Under the pieces are notes generated by a model. It was not told where the DNA came from and did no database searches. It saw nothing but the letters and a program-made list of their open reading frames with translations. A stretch of 64,000 nt of DNA from Selaginella moellendorffii (lineage: Eukaryota > Plantae > Lycopodiophyta). The stretch's first letter is position 1; every line of letters starts with the position of its first letter. Shown here piece after piece: positions 61,071 to 64,000 of this stretch. Both the position numbers and the translations under genes were made by a program. The stretch covers positions 1,416,330 to 1,480,329 of the forward strand of contig NW_003314283.1 of assembly GCF_000143415.4 (NCBI RefSeq). Reading direction: 5' to 3'.

Positions 61071-63099
61071 TATGTGATAGACGGTTTTGATTCTGGGTAA
61101 ATTCCCTCAGGCCCATTTTTTTGTAAATTTTAAAAAGAGTAAATACCATTTTTTCTCTCACTTCTTTGTCTCCATCTGGGATTCTAAAAATGAACCGTAC
61201 AAACAGAAGAAATAGAGAACATATTGTTGACTGTATAGTGCTTCCTCTGTTACTACAAATATATGAATACCATTACAGCAGTATAGGAGTCACTACTAAC
61301 TTTGACAATCTTTTACTTCTGCTCCTTCTCTGGATCAATGTTGTGAAGAAGAAACCCTGGATCGAAAATTCCTCAATACCGACACTATTCACCGCCTAAG
61401 TTTTACGCTGTGTATTTTTCAGTCCAATTTTGTAAGCGGCTCAAGCTGCACAACACGTTACATGCTTCGCTCCAGCGTAGGCCATCCTGTCTCCAAAAGG
61501 ACGAGACGTGGTCTTTGGCAACTTGAGAACTTTAGGATGTGTTTGACAAGCCTTCTTTTTGAAACAAAGGTTTTTGCAAGACAATGTCATACGTCAAGTG
61601 GAATTTGTGGTCAAAGAATGTTTGCTACTTGTTTTGCATTATACTGTATTTATGCATCATTTTAAACACGTGTTTTAAGAGCAGGAAAGCAGCAAGAAGC
61701 TACCTTCTTTCTTTATGCAAAGTCTCAACCGCCTGATATATAAAATGTAACTATAGTTCTTGTCAGAATTAGATGGCCTGACTTTCTATGGCAAGTTTGG
61801 ATTCACATCAGATTCTCTTCTTTTTATGGAACTTGCTTCCCTGGTATTTGTTTTCTTCTTTGTTGACTTACATAGTTCACGTGTAAGTTCCAGTGCAAAC
61901 TATCAGAGCGAGATATGTACTGTAGGCCCGTGCTTTGCCACCATCGCCTCCATCATACCAGTGCTTCACCCCTGCATTCAGCTCCATCGTCATACGACTC
62001 AGACCACGCTAGCCAAAATTCGAACGACTGCATATTAGGTAAAGTCATACTGCTGCCAATGGCTGACCTGTCCATTCTTTTTCTTGGCCGTATATCATGT
62101 ACCTCCTCCATGATTAACAATTTTATTCATAAACATTCACATGGTTTTGTTTGTGTGGCTTATATTAAATTATTATGAATATACCTTGAAAGCATACAAG
62201 GCCTGTGCCAAACACCCATGTGGAAATAGCAGACATTTTGTGTCATCAAGATGTATGTGAAGCATTCAGTGTGGAATCAAAAGTGAAATAGGGCTTCCCA
62301 GGGACATGAGGAGTGGCCTCGTTTGCATTGAGGACTTGGGGCCCCAGTATTCTCAACCTCATGCCACAGACAACACTTTCAATGCTGTTGGAGAAAAACT
62401 TTTGTCCTTCTGCGATGCAGTATAGGAATGTCAGTGGCCTGGACACACACTGGGAGGCTACACTTGTGAGGCATGGATCCTTGCAAGGCTTACATAGTCT
62501 CATACTGTGTGCTGCCTCAGAAACTCTGGATGAGGAGCTCAGCACAGCCTGGATCAGGGTGCGAGGATTCTCAATGTGAGTGGTGTTGTTGCTGAGATCT
62601 TAGGCAATTGCACTGCATACAATGGCAAATCCAGCATGAGCTAGAGCAGACTTGCTGCAAGCTGCAGCTCGTCTCACTGTGGGTTCCAGCTTTGGAGCGT
62701 TGCCTCCTGTGAGCTGCACTGCTCAGGGCAGGAATGCTGTGCCTTTATAGAGATTCATGAGTGTGGTTAGCTCTAGTAGATCCAACAACGAGGTATCCTT
62801 GGAACATGGCATATGTCCACATGCCAGGTCCACTCAAACTTCTAGCACACCCAAGAGCTGTCTTGAGATGGGATTAGTTCCCCAGGACCTTTAGAGTGAG
62901 GCCAACCAAGGGGTTTCCCACCACCTCTCTACCTATGCAAAACAGAAGAAATTCATCTACCCTTTGGCAGAAAAACATATATTATTATTCATTATACTAT
63001 TTATAACATTATAATATCCAAACAATAGATCTCTAAGAAGAATATGATGCCATTAGCAACTGTGGGATTCTGAAGTTAGCTCTATTTTTTGTGGCTAAA

Positions 63100-64000
63100 T
63101 GTAAGTGACTAATTTTTCCATTTTACTTTAATCATTTAACCACACCTCTGACCATTTGGAGGAGTCTCATTCACAACCTCCATAACTTCAATCTAGGACT
63201 TGGGCTTGATAGCCCCAAGAATGGCATCCATGCCACTAAACCTTTGCATTTGGTTCAAGTGCTCCATGTGTCCAATTCCATGACCCGACACCCCAAGGTA
63301 CCACCAACATATTAACCTATTACGCTAAGGCCTTGCCCATTCACCTTAGTCACACCGATGGTTCAACGCCACCTACATCGCAATCCTATCTCTCAAAGAC
63401 TGGGGCATTCGTCCATGAGTGATTATTCGAGATCCACTCTTTAGCATCCTTAAGATACCTGCAGGTATGGAGAACAACCTTCCCCAATATCCCTTTTACA
63501 GTCCCCACTAAGTCCTTTTTTTGTCCATGGCCGTGTTCGCCAACATTGCCACTGGGACAAGGCCTACAGACCCGACCACTAAGTCTCACTGTCCTCTGGG
63601 ACTTCCTCCTCACATGACTGTATCTTTGGTCATTACACCAAAGGACCACTCGTATTCCTTTCTATAGTCTGGGACTTTAGTACAACATTTTGGAACACTG
63701 TGGCCCTACGCAAGCCTCATAGGTACTCTCCCCACCTTCCGCTTTTGGGTGTTCTAACCATGGGCTTAGAGCAAGGTTTTGTTGAGTTACGCCAGGTATC
63801 CGAGTAAGTAGTGCCACCCACGCTTGGACTGGGAGCATCAACCATTCGATCTCCCGGGGGAACTAAAGCTGGCTCTTGAACATTTCACCAAGCTGCCCCA
63901 CTTGTCGATCCGTATTCACTCTAGTCTTGGACTTCCCAGTGGTCAGTTCATCACCCAACACCTGGGTACAGCCTTCCTGGGCCAAACTCGCCTTTCCTAG
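63100..64000 (-). repeat. LTR of the LARD-like family, running off the window end
   Basis: TGTAAGTGACTAATTTTTCCATT..., colinear with 22154-23090. Has no insertion at the site occupied by the DNA transposon. Confidence 0.9.

Noticed and set aside
61400-62950. Short ORFs downstream of the isocyanide synthase as tailoring enzymes
   Set aside because: No P450, dioxygenase or NRPS motifs recognisable; frames are short and broken.

Overview
Eukaryotic land-plant DNA. Compact genes with ~50-nt introns and PLS-type PPR remnants suggest a lycophyte such as Selaginella (inference). Bases 1-25660 are a three-level transposon nest. The outer layer is a decayed chromodomain Ty3/Gypsy element whose integrase region carries two apparent spliceosomal introns. 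Into it a non-coding LARD-like LTR element inserted (TSD CCAGT). One LTR of that element was in turn hit by a 10.4-kb TIR DNA transposon (24-bp TIRs, TSD ATGG). This DNA transposon carries a truncated Sola-like transposase, a large multi-exon cargo region (ParB-like, degenerate MTase-like and FCP1/HAD-phosphatase-like parts), a ~190-bp hairpin, and about 20 dispersed copies of one 22-bp palindrome, many placed one per intron. After an AT-rich spacer come host genes: a UAS-domain PUX10-like gene, GH3, a PPR pseudogene, DEX1, eIF2A (two U12-type introns) and a patatin-like lipase. These are followed by two copies (one complete, one broken at an assembly gap) of an intronless fungal-type DIT1/PvcA isocyanide-synthase gene, separated by further LTR remnants. 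The best leads are the palindrome/ParB-like cargo transposon, the plant isocyanide synthase and the introns in the retroelement integrase. All family calls come from motif recognition by eye; no searches were run.
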